Shown piece after piece: positions 8,394-20,952 of a stretch of 64,000 bases of DNA. A model generated the notes under the pieces. The model saw nothing but the letters and a program-made list of their open reading frames with translations, ran no database searches and was not told the origin of the DNA. The stretch's first letter is position 1. Each line of letters starts with the position of its first letter. The translations under genes were made by a program, and so were the position numbers. Origin of the DNA: Ruditapes philippinarum (lineage: Eukaryota). The stretch covers positions 1 through 64,000 of the forward strand of contig NW_026852705.1 of NCBI RefSeq assembly GCF_026571515.1. Reading direction: 5' to 3'.

Positions 8394-9552
8394 GTTGTAA
8401 TGCGGATTATACTGACAGCTAACTATATATACTTTTTTTTCTAATACTTTTTTCCAATTATATTTCACTTATGCTTGTTCCAACAAATTCGAGAAAAGGG
8501 GTCGCTCGGAGCGAAAGAGTTAAATAAAAAATCAACAACGATTGTTAACTGTATAAAACATTTACTGTCAAAATCAACATGAGTAACAAATATGATCGAA
8601 ATTGAAAAAAAAATGTTTACCTTTTGTTTCATAAATATTCATCAGTGATCACTGTCAACAGTTGAATTGCTGAAATACACAACGCAAATTCATAGTCTAA
8701 ATATCAAGTAATGATCGATCAAGATACATATTTTTTTGCAGTAACAAATGTTATAGGTTTAGTAAAGAATTTAAGTACGCTAACATTTTTGCCGAGATTA
8801 AATAAAAATAGATTGAATCTTTCTATTTACAATAGACTACATATTTCTTGCATTTTACACGATATGATATCTACAGTACCACATTATCACCATTGATTAA
8901 ATATTGAAGAGAAAATATATAGAAAAAATATTGTAGATCCTTTTCACTGTCAAGTTAATTTGCAATAAGAATAAGCGGTTTTATTCAAGCAAAAATATTT
9001 TCAAAAAGCCTAGGTCAAAATAAAGATTTACATTAAAAAATAAAACACCAACACTTTATCAGCAAACAAATTTTTGACAAAAAAAATCGTAGAACAATGT
9101 TGATCTACTAAATCTATTCAGTGATAAATTTACCACTTTATTTCAATTTAAATTCATTTGTCAAAATAAAGTTTTTATATGTGATTTATATTTTCATCAA
9201 ATGTAAAATGAAATCGGGTTCGCAGACAAATAAACACGAAGAAAAAAATACCATCATTCTCGATACACAAAAGCGAACAGATTTTTTTTTCCTCTTGAAA
9301 ACATGAAATATTTGCACCAAGTAGCATTTCAAAACATGATCCGCTGTTTTACACTAAGTTTTCGAGCGTAGAAAATGTCAACAATTGATATTTTCCTACT
9401 GTGTAGATATCGTTTGGAGAAATAAACCATGAAAGCTTTTTTCAATATTTTTTCAAACATGTCCAATAAAAAATTGATCTAAATCCATTTTTCCCAGGCA
9501 AAATATTAACATCATACTGAATGTAAATTTTACAAAACATAAATCTAGATCT

Positions 9553-9770
9553 AACAAAACATTTCGCTAAAATATTTTAAATCGCTATTCAACTGACTTT
9601 CTGTACTCCGTAAATTTGACAAATAATTGTGTCTATCTACTAAAATATTCACACCATATTAAGTCTGCATTTTACAAAAAAATAAATCAAACAAAACATT
9701 TCGCTAAAATATTTTAAATCGCTATTCAACTGTACTCCGTAAACTTGAAAAATAAACTTGTCTATCGGGC
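9553..9770. repeat. Direct repeat (~80 bp x2)
   Basis: AACAAAACATTTCGCTAAAATATTTTAAATCGCTATTCAACTG...TACTCCGTAAA at ~9553 and ~9690. Confidence 0.8.
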
Positions 9771-10599
9771 CTATCCTGCCTATCAACAAGAAAATATTCA
9801 ACTTGTTTACATGTTTTATCAACCCAACATTACATCGTCAAAAGATTCAATTTGAAATTCGACATAAGACTCATGATGATAGATCTACGAAAATAAAATC
9901 AAAATTCAACAACATCAATCTCTCGAAGTAGAGTCTAATCTAAACCTCACTCTCTCGAAGAAAATAGCATTTTCAGACTGAAAATACATTGATATTCTTT
10001 TAAAAAATTCGCCAGAGTGAAAAGTATAAACAAATGTCACATACCTCATAAAAATTAAGTAAATATCCAGTAATTATCCACCTTAAATTAAATTTTTTAA
10101 CACAGCAATTTCCAACACGGCCGAACATTTTAAAAGCGAGACTTGTTATGACCCGTTTGAACGTTTTCCTATTCGAAGCTATATTGATGACGTAGTATTG
10201 ATGACGTCACATTATAATTATTTTCTTAGAACTATCAAAGGCGAGCTAATTAGCGCCATATTAGTCGATAGAAATATATTGTGTATCATTGAAAACGAAA
10301 TGACTTTGACAGACAAAAAAAAAGAGTAAATCAAATAAAAAAGAGGAGAAATATACCGACTGTGCCGTATTACTGTAGTACAGTAATTATAACCTGCAGT
10401 AAATACTGCAGAAAATCTGAATAAATACAATAAATATACATTTTTAAACGTTTACGAAGTGTTTATTCATTTTCTGAATATTACCTATCACATATTGTCC
10501 AACATTGTACTGTCATTCCATGTGAAAGCAAAATTATTGTAAATAAACTTATTCAGTACGGGTTTTGATAGCATCGGATTGTATCCCCTTGATTATCAA

Positions 10600-12490
10600 G
10601 CGTCGTTTGTTTGACTTTGTTATTGTGAGAAATGCAGGAATGGAAACGTTTATTTTCAACGGATTTTTGGGGCGTTTCAAGAAAATAAAGGTAAGCAAGT
10701 GTGTTAGATCGGGTTAGATCATTAACTATTAAAACGATAAACAACTTCATATGAAATATCTAGCTTGTTTTATTGATTTCATGCACTGTGTCAACAAAAA
10801 ATGTAAACAACAGCTTTTGATCATGCATGCTGAATGATACAACAGTTTGACATTTTCACTTTGACATTTGAAATATTACATCAATATTAGTCAGATACAA
10901 TGAAAATTGTTTCTGCAAAGTTGCCAGGGTGCTTGAAAGACTATTTCAATTTGATCAGAAATGAATTTGTCTGTAGAAAAAATATAGCAGAATCTATAGA
11001 TAAATTTAATACTGACTTTACTCATTGAGTGTTCTTACTGCTCTTAAAACAGTACTGTAGAGTAGTTTAGGAAGACAAACTGAACATATCTCTGATCATG
11101 TGTGTAACAATTGAAATTGAGTAAAACACTGAATTATCAGAAATACAGACCTGTCATGAATGAAAATATATGTATATTTATTTCATACAGAAATTTGCAA
11201 GCATTCAAAGCAAAACACACCCTGTAACTAGCATACTGACTTGAAGAACAGGACAGATTAATCTTTTTTGGATCACAGTATCAAGTAGCTCTTCTATTTA
11301 TTTTCATTTGCATGCTTTTTCATGAAACACACAGCAAATTTCAATACTAGTTTGAATAATTAATACAGTTACATGTCCAAAAATGTCTCACAAATTGTGT
11401 TTTTGATGCCATATGGCATTTGTTTTTGATGTAATTGTTTCTTTTTATACCCCATGTCAATGTATATGCATTTTGTCTCCTTTATTTCTTACATCATGAC
11501 TGAATTAACATCAAATTTCTGAAACTATTTTCAGAAACATGGTCAAAATGTGGGTTGTTACTAAGATGAACAATTGAAAAACATCAGTAGCTGGAAAAAA
11601 ATCAAGTCATGTGCAGTGAAAAGAATAAATACAACACAGTAATCAGGTAAAATACTTTTTTTCAAATAAATTGTTAAGTATTTTGGTCATTTATTTGCTA
11701 AACTTGACATATTCACTCTGGAAAATGAAATTTTGTATGTGTTTGAACATGCTAAGATAAGATTGTAGGTGATTTTCAAAATTATAAGACAAAGTACAAA
11801 GTCTAAGACACACTTAACATTTAATGTCAATATTTTCTTTTTCAGATTGGAATCTTCTGTAGTATTGAGAGTGGATTTTTTTACAATGGACCAGAACTCA
11901 TGATTAATGTAACAGTTGCTCCATTGATGTGCATAGCTTATTGTCACATATCAGTTATGGTAAGTTGTTTTCAGTTAATATGAGAATTTAACATCATTTA
12001 CATCATGTTTATATCTCAACCTTTTTGTTTTCCCTTGGTGGTAAGTTGTATACTTTATATTTCACTATTTTATCATCAATATGATGTTTACAAATCAATT
12101 AATTTGAACTACAGATATATTTCATATGTTTTATTTGTTTGAAGTGCTTATTTGATTATGTGCATTTTATTGATATACTTGTTATACTTTGACTCAATGT
12201 CAGTCCATTTTACATTCTGTAATCTTATTCATTTTGTGAAAAGCATATAAAATACTGGATTTATTTCATCACAGATAAATAGCTAAATTGTTAAATGATT
12301 TACATATATTTTTTTCATTTTATATTTTCAATGATTTCTATTTTGTTTTCAGACTGAAAAGGACAGTTAGCATTGTGGACTATGTATTGGTGATAGAGAA
12401 ATAAAAATTCACACGCAAAAAATATCCAGATATTGTCAGAAAGCATAAGATGTTGGGATGAAGTGTACATTTAAGACAATGAAATAAAAT
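10600..12490 (+). other. Possible spliced non-coding or degenerate transcript
   Basis: Consensus-like splice sites: donor AAG|gtaagc at ~10690; exons ttttcag|11534-11646|gtaaaa and tttcag|11845-11959|gtaagt; acceptor ttttcag|12352; AATAAA at ~12400 and ~12483. No convincing ORF. Confidence 0.3.
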
Positions 12491-15441
12491 TCATGTCTTC
12501 AATTTTGCATTTTTTATTGTTTATTTCAAACATGTATGTATGCACAAAAAAGGATTTATATCCTAAAACACCCCGGCCCAAACAAGGCGGGGGGTCTAAA
12601 AAAGAGGTGCCCCCCCTAAATATTATCATCAGATTTTTTTACATATCAATTATATACCATACACCAGTACTGGAAAAATATTGAACTTGAAAAAAATGCG
12701 TTTACGTGATGTTGAATAGTAAGACTATTGTCCGGCTTTCTTCTTTCTGCAAAATGTACTGAAGAACCATCTGCTATTTAAAATTGTCATTCATTTTTTT
12801 TTTAAATATGTAATAATGTTCTGAGTGGCTTTCTTGAACGGTCTTTTCTTATAACATCTTAATTGTATCTATCAAAAATAGTGATCTCTATATACATGCG
12901 TATTGCGTTGATTCTCACTATTTGGCCAATAAAATATCCATGCATAACAAGGTGAAAGAGAGAAACAAATGTGTAAAACCAAAAGCACATTAAATTTTCT
13001 TCATACATTATTACTTAACATACAGTATGCTTAAACTTGTTCAAAAAGAATGTTTTAACATAAGCCAGAAAATATTTTTTGTCAAACGACGTTTGCTGAT
13101 ATGATACTGGTTCGTTCCAGGAAGCAAATTCGAGAGTTGCACAAATACGCTCTCAAAGCTGTCATCAAATTCAAGCTGAAATAAATATGTTAATCTAACA
13201 TGTGTGAATGTATTCCTCTGTGATTCTTCTGTTATTGTGTAATAAAGAGTCTGAAACATTGATATTGTTTGAGTAGAAAACAAATATTTACCAGCACTGG
13301 AGACACAGAAGTAATTACCCTTTAATGTCCCTCTATTAATATAAACACTGCTATAACAACGATTGTATAAGTGTTAAGTAGTGAAGTGTAGTTCTTTGTT
13401 GTTTAAGAGTTGTTTGGGCATATGGTTACTTTTTCATATTTTAGATGTGCTTTACCAGAAATTAAAGAGTTGTTTTGTTTTTCTTCTTTCAGTTTTATTA
13501 AAAACCCCAATATTTGTCAGTAATGCTTTTATTTTTATTTCACGAAAGTCTTTACTTTTAATGTCCTGTTAAAGTTTCCAGAAAGTTACTCGTTGGTAAA
13601 TTACCTGATCAATTTTTTTTGAAAATAAAATAGTACGATTATAGTGATTGGAAGTCAAAATACTACTTTGTTCACATTTTGTTACTTTTATGAAGGATAA
13701 TTTTACATCATTTAGCGTGATAAGCATTTAACACGCTCTAAAACAAGTTTTAAAATGTTATAAAACTCATGTTTGCCCTTTCTAAAGAATGAAAATAATA
13801 TTCGTTTCTGAGGTATAATGTGCTACATAATTATGCTACACAAAAAGTTTTAATTCCATTTGTCGTTTCTCAGCGATGAGATCTTTCTCTAATAAACCTA
13901 GTTGTAATAGTTGTAATCTTTTTTAATATCAGATGGTTTAGTATGTGATAGCTTGTTTATATGTGTATTTTTGCGTATTGTTTAAAGAATTGTTTTCTTA
14001 TTTCTTTGTTTTCTTTTTGTCGTTTTTTGTTTGTCTGTTTGTTTCGTAAAATTGTCAAATCTTACTTCGTCGGTTTAACATTGTATTCATCATCATTTCA
14101 GTGGTACATTTGGACACTTAGTACGCTAAATATACCAAATTAACTTGTTCGTCTTTCAATCTGAAAAGAAAACCATTTAACATTTGAAGGAAAATTTTCC
14201 AAATATGTAGTGCCTCAATAGCGAGCAGTACAGGTCATGATCAGACCACACTGCGTCTAATCTGGGACTGAACTGATATATGGGTCAAAACATGTTGCCG
14301 TTAGCAAGCTATAAGTTCATCCAGACAATATTAAATTGTATACTCTCATGATACCTTCCAGATTAACTAAAGTGATTTTATTTACCGTATCATTTTATGA
14401 CATATAAATTGTTTCCTTCATATATAAGATTGTTATATTTTAAAAAACAGGAAATAAACTGAAGGATGTTCCATAATTATGTAACATACTTTATGTCTAT
14501 TACAAAAATGTATTTCATTACATAAAAGGACGCCAGCAAAAATGTATTTTGACATTGACAACCAAAGTATCGCACCATGCAGCGTTAAGCTGTACCATTA
14601 TTTCTGGCGTTTTTAATTAGTAATTGTCATAGAGCAATTCTAATTTTTAAGCAATTTAAGAGTTTGTTACATACAGTTTAATGTACCTTTTACAGTACAT
14701 GCACATTTTTTGGTTGTTAATACTATTTGATGAACACACGTTATTTTCTAAATTAGAATTTAAAAACAAAACAAACAACAAACAAAAAACAACAACAAAA
14801 AACAACAACAACGCTATATGTGTTAATCTATTAAGTAATGTTCACCAGGGAATAACAACATTTCTCAATTCTCCACTTACTATTGACTGACGGGTGTAAT
14901 ACTATAAGTAATTAAGTGTTAACACCTGACAAGTTATTAATCATTTCCCTGTCTGCAAACAATCATAGCTTTGTATAACAACAGAAGTGATTTCACGTGT
15001 TACCTCATTAATTACTGTAATTTGAATACTGGCGAAACAATTCAAAACAGTATATTGCTTCTGAAAACATTGAATTAACAAAATGAGGAGAGAAGTCACC
15101 CATTGTTTAAGATGTTGTCTGCCACTAATCGCAAGGATCCTGGGATTGCGTCTAAATGAGGGCACGACAAAGTTTCCAGACAAAATGCTCATACTGTTTG
15201 TTCAAGCTTAATGGACACGGGAATATGGTTTTAATAAGCTTCAAGTTTATTATCATCAAAATCAGTCTATTTAAACAAATTAACCATTTCTTTTTTCTAA
15301 TATTTCATGAAACGTTACCAGTAGAGATAATATGCTACAAATGAGGGGGTGCAAGGATACGAAATAAATCTAAAATGTCGAAAGGGAAAACATAGTTTAT
15401 GATAAACGTTTGATCTATCACATGTACTGTTTTAGTTGTTT

Positions 15442-15770
15442 AAAAATCTGGATAAAGTGATCCCTCGGAAGCATTAATGCTTTCTGGGGATCACACTTTA
15501 TCCAGATTTCATAACAAAATTAATAGAAAAATGCAGGCTAAGTTTGATTGAGTCTGTACATGAGGGATAATGATAAAGTGCAACATCCCTTTCGCCCCCT
15601 AGCACCGGCTTGATCGGTACTTAAAGTGTTGGAATCAATATTCCGAAGGACCAGAAAAATATACCACTGAAGTGAAATACGGGGCAACATTCTACAGCTG
15701 CCACACAGAACTTAACACCTGTGTGCTGTTGTGAAGTATAAAAATCTGGATAAAGTGTGATCCCTCGGAT
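15442..15770. repeat. Foldback/MITE remnant
   Basis: AAATCTGGATAAAGTGATCCC...GGGATCACACTTTATCCAGATTT (15442-15509); the left arm recurs at ~15741. Confidence 0.55.
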
Positions 15771-16952
15771 CGAAGCATCAGTCACACCAAAATTGCATGA
15801 AATTTGTAGACTCGGTTTGAATGAGTCTTTAAATTCTTCATGAGAAAAATGAACGTATGAACATGGCAACAGATATAAAACGATGAATTATTATAGTTTC
15901 TATATTATTTAAGATATTAAAATGATAATACATTACAAATGTAGCATACTGTTCCATAAAATCTCATTGTATTTGAAAACATCCTCTAGAAAAAATGTTT
16001 GGGCATATGCTCACTTATCATGAGTTTTGTATGTAACAGACAGGCAGCTGGTGCCTTTATGATGGGCCTATTGTCTTAGTTTACAAGTGTGAAGGTGTGA
16101 TGTCTCATAACATCAAAAGTTTTATTTGAAAAATATTCCTTTTTTAAAGGAGACCAATTCAGGACGAGGTTTCTACCCATTCTATTCAGTAGTTTTGGAG
16201 ATGCCAACGTGCACTCAAAAACTTAGCCAAAGTGTGACACCAAAGACGATGCAGACGCCGACGCTGGGGTAAGTACAATAGCTCTCCCTATTATTCAAAT
16301 AGTCCAGATAAAAATCGAGTTTTCAATTTAATTTAAAGACTTTATTTTTGTATCAGAATCTATATTTTAAATATTATTTTTTTACCATTTTAAGTGAACC
16401 GCTTGATCTATGTAAGAAAATCAAATGTATAGTTTTATGTCTGTCGTCAAATGATCAGGTTTTTTTCAACGCAGGTTATAGATTTAAATCTCTTGACTAC
16501 TTTGACTTTTTTAAATTGAAATACGAAAACTGATATTCTACGCTTTTAGAATGTATGTTAAAAAAACAGAATGGCAACTCAGTTTTGTTTCGTTTCAAAC
16601 TCTATTATACTCAAGATAAACAAATAAGCAACTGGGATTTAACTTCCATCACGCAAATATTCAAGAATTATAGAAATTTATTTCGAATACGCCTTTGCAT
16701 TTCATCTTATTCGTAGCGTAGTAAAATAATAATTTCTTAAGGATATGATTCATTTAAATTACTGAGCATTATTCCGGAATAAATTGGAGAGATATTTCAA
16801 TAATGAAAGGTTTTGTAAGTTGAACATTTCACATTTGCACTTCGAAAGAGATTTTGTAGACCAAGTACAGATATTTAAAAACGTTTGAAAAATGTTTAAG
16901 CCTCCATGTGAAAAAAATAGCGTTCATGTTTAAATGTTTACAAGACACATTG

Positions 16953-17070
16953 GTCGCGTGGGTTCAAACCCCGTCAGGGGCAAGCCGTTGTTTCCGTGAA
17001 CAAGAAACTTTACACTTAATATTTAGTACTGGTTTATTCCACGAACGGATTCAAGAGTGTTTCAATAAGC
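16953..17070 (+). mobile_element. tRNA-derived SINE fragment
   Basis: B-box-like GGTTCAAACCC followed by CAAGAAACTTTACAC...AGTACTGGTT..TTCCA.GAACGGATTC. Degenerate relatives (TACTGGTT.GTTCCAGGAA) occur at ~13105 and ~25358. Confidence 0.6.
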
Positions 17071-17327
17071 TTATCTTATTATAAGTACTTTAAACACGGA
17101 TCGCAGTTGTCATGTTCGAAATTGTAACTATGAGTTTAAGGAAACAGCGTGCTTTGAGGCATAATTTAATATTTTTAACGCTTACAGCTCCTCTTTGTTG
17201 CTATTAGAGTTATTTAATGAATGTATCTATGTTTATACTAATTCATTTTAGTTCGATTTTGTCGATACATCAACGTCATTTCTTCATATTGTTTGTGCTG
17301 GTGCGAGGCGCCGTTATATGTCGTTCT

Positions 17328-17385
17328 TGTCGCTAAATGTCGCAATTGCCGCTAAATGTCACAAAATGGTCGCTAAATGTCGCAA
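17328..17385. repeat. Short tandem repeat (GTCGCTAAATGTCGC-like)
   Basis: Three copies of CGCTAAATGTC. Confidence 0.6.
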
Positions 17386-19652
17386 CCGACCTATAACTTT
17401 TCCCCTCGACTTTTTGTAGAATTTCTAAAACACTAACAAAAAATGTCGCGGATTTCTTTCTGTTCCACGACATTTTATAGAAAAATGAGGGATAAAATCT
17501 AAAGTATGGACACTAGCGGCCACTGGAGTCAAAATGATCCTTGCTGTTTTCAACAACTGTTATGAAAGGTTTATACGTTGTCCGCGATATTTTGTACGAT
17601 TTTCCCGACATTTAATGATAAAAACGATAAAATTTCTCGCGGGTTTGATTAAGTAACAAACCATGAAAGAATTATATTATGTGGATGCTGATAATAAAAT
17701 GTAACGAAACTGTAATTTACATGTATACTATAAATTAGATTTTTTTAAAGAAGAATCTACGTATAATGTAAGTGACGTTGCAACTCCAACAAAAAAGGTA
17801 ATTTGGTTTATAATTTAATCTATATTAATTTTTATTTATGATGTGTAAGTGAGTTGTGCATGAGAAAAAAAAAACTCTACAGAAGATATTGAAGCTTCTA
17901 TTTCTCATAATTACCACGATGTAGATTATTTTTGACGGTATAGAATGCTGTACATTTAAGAATATATAAAGATCTCAGCGGTAGTCTTGCTTTTCATTTT
18001 CGTACGTCAAAATATCGAAATTACATAATTATTTCTCTCTGAGATACACTTTGGCAAAAGATAAACCTCTGTTGTCTCAGAAATAACATGCATTATCAAC
18101 TTATTAATATATGGAAAATACCATAACACGTAAATATAACAAGCTAATGAGATGGACATTGAGTTTATAGTGAAGATGAAAAAGTAAGATGTAAATAAAA
18201 AAAAAATTTAGCTCTCGTCGCAGCTGCATTTCTGGAAATTATAGACAGGACAAGAAAAAGTAAAATAACAGAAATAAATTCATGTTTTACGCGCTTGAAA
18301 GCCATGCCTTTGCAATAAAAATGAAACTTTTTTGACAATTCGTTAACTTAAAAAATATTTTCTCATTACTTATATCAACTGTAACGAAAGGCTTAAACGC
18401 CCTTCATCTGACAAACTGATTCTAATTTTCTCATTGTTGTAATATAAACATGAACTTTGTTTTTATTTTTTTTTTAACAAGAATATATGCTGGAAATTTT
18501 TCCTGAAAGAAATGTGACTTATACAAGGGAAATAACTGCAATGTTATATAATTTACAGAAAATAAGATTTGCGTTCCTTTATGTATCGAATGGTACCCAT
18601 TTTCATGAAACGAACGGTAACTTGCTCAAAAGCTGATCTCTCCGACATCAGACAACATCAACAAAAATAGCCGGTGTCAACAGAAAACTAAAGAAACTTT
18701 GAAATACTGTAACATAACAAAAAGACCCGTTTTTAGCGCAAACATATAGCTTTGATAATCATTACTGAGTATTCTATTTTAAATTTTCAAGCTACACTGC
18801 GGCTTGTATGAATTCATATCGATTCTGTAATTCTAAACGTTCAGTTAGACGATGTGATTCACATGAAAATAGAGTAGGCCTTTTCAAATATGTATAGATT
18901 TCTGCAAACACAAAACGTCCGGCAAAATTTTAAATATACAAGAGAAAGCAAAACTTTCGGATCTCAGTAAACTGTCCCCATATACATTTTAGCATTATAA
19001 TAAGAAATACAAAAAGGAAAGTAAACATGAAATCGGTATCACTTTAAATGGTTTTAAATAATATAGCAAAATATTTTGACCCACCTATTAGTGAGGATCA
19101 TATTATTGAATTTCATTACATTATTGATTATTTTAGGGGTCTCCTCACGTAATTACGGAAGGTGGCTGCCTGGCTGGTGTTTACTACGTCACCTTCCTAC
19201 GCAATCTCCACGCAGTGACCTCCACTAAATTCTTCGGCGTTAGTGTATTTATAAAGGGAAGTAACCGCTGCGAGGAGTTTGCCTACGCATTCTCTTACGC
19301 AATCTCCTACGCAGTGATCTCCCCTTACAGGATTAGATGGTTACTGGCCATAGCGTAACCGGCCTCGGATTTTTTTATTTTTTTTTGCACAGAAATCGGA
19401 ACATCCTCGGCTATTATTAACAGAAAGGGTCGAAAAGTTACAATTGATTGCGCGGCAAACTCGCAGTATTTTTACTTACAGGGGAAAGTTTATTCATAAC
19501 ATAAATGTTTTCCATATTTAAGTACGTAGAGTCTACTAAAGATTTATGATCGTTTTAAAGAAAGTCATTTTGCATTATATCAATATAATGAAACGTTATA
19601 GGTTCTCTCTAACATTCATTGAATTAATTTACAAATGAGAAAAAAAAAAATG

Positions 19653-19985
19653 TTAAAGATCCGGTAATCATTTTTTTTATGATTTTATATCATAAATATA
19701 ATGCTCAAATGAAGATTTATCAATATTGTAAGTTCCAAAAGATATTACCGAATTTACATTTTATGTTAGTAAAGGGAGGTAATTAGAAATTTATTTTCTA
19801 TAAAGGCTAAGTCAATTTTTACAATAGGAAATGAATGCATATATTTTAATGGTATTACATATAATGTGGACAAATATTTGCAGTAGATATCTTACAAATT
19901 CTTCGACGTTTGAAAATTGTTTTAGAAGCATAATTATTCACTTAAGTGTGGTAACAACCTTTATTACAACATACATGATCTTTAT
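19653..19985. mobile_element. TTAA-flanked MITE (Kolobok-like), copy 1
   Basis: TTAA-AGATCC...GATCT-TTAT ends; colinear with 45143-45669. Confidence 0.6.
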
Positions 19986-20952
19986 ATGATATGTCAATAT
20001 TTTCTCAAACACGTCTTTGGTCCATCATTCTGCAGTCACATGATATTATTCAACAAAAAAACATTGAAAATTAATTTCCGAAACTAAATCTAAACTATAA
20101 CCGTTAAAAGTTTCAGTTAATTAAATTTTATTGTTCCTGTATGTAAATGGGTGAAGTTTCGTTGAAATCTGATATCATAAATACATCGGCTATTTATACA
20201 ACGATCGATATACAAAGAAACTTTGTTTCAATGTAAATAAACACATTGTATTTGGATGTAAGAACTTAAAGTTTTGATTGTGTACATTATAAAATGGGTG
20301 AGTAAAGATTATCTTTACTTATTCATGTTTTTGTTTTTACTTTCGTAACACTTTGAAGGGAAATCTACTTTTGAAATGTTTAGGTAATTGTTACGTGTGA
20401 TTAAAAAAAATTAAAAAGAGTAAATAACCATTGAAGTTATGGTGTGTTGTCAGTTTTCTATTTTATTGCTTTCAACTATTTTAGTGAATGTGCATGGGTC
20501 TTTTAATCGCACTGGTTTGCTGGCTGTTTCAAGTGCAAATATTATTTGACAAAATCAAACAAGTTTCATTTACCCAAATGAGGAAATCCAAATACATACA
20601 TGTATTCAATTGAGAAGATTACTAGTTTCTTCCGTGTGCTCAACCAATAGCGCTTATCTAGATTATTTAAAAACAGAATACTAATTGTTATAAATTAATT
20701 AAATTATAATATGTAAATCATAATCATGATCTAAAAGGCTTTCGAAATATCATTCACGTTATATTGAACGGCTGTTATAGAATATTGCAGTGCGCATGAT
20801 TATGGTGATGTGCCAACAATACCGAATCAATAACTAGGACATTTTATGGCCGATCTATAAATAAATACAGTTCACAGTTTCGAAATATCAGTGATAAAAT
20901 CAGTTGAAGTAATCATTTTATTTGGATGTTTGTTAAATATAATTAGCCGTAA

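Larger units (their letters stand above)
694..8523 (-). mobile_element. TTAA-flanked, TIR-bounded (piggyBac-like, non-autonomous) Fanzor2 element
   Basis: Left end 8502-8523 (reverse complement TTAA-CTCTTTCGCTCCGAGCGA) versus right end 694-715 (TTAA-CTCATTCACTCCGAGAGA): 15/18 TIR identity with TTAA on both sides. No transposase ORF is seen. The internal right-end copies (997, 6844) have ATAA instead of TTAA. Confidence 0.7.

Noticed and set aside
8394-8468. 25-aa N-terminal extension of Fz2 in the ORF track
   Set aside because: It starts at GTG; eukaryotic initiation at ATG 8393 gives the family-like MKRK start.
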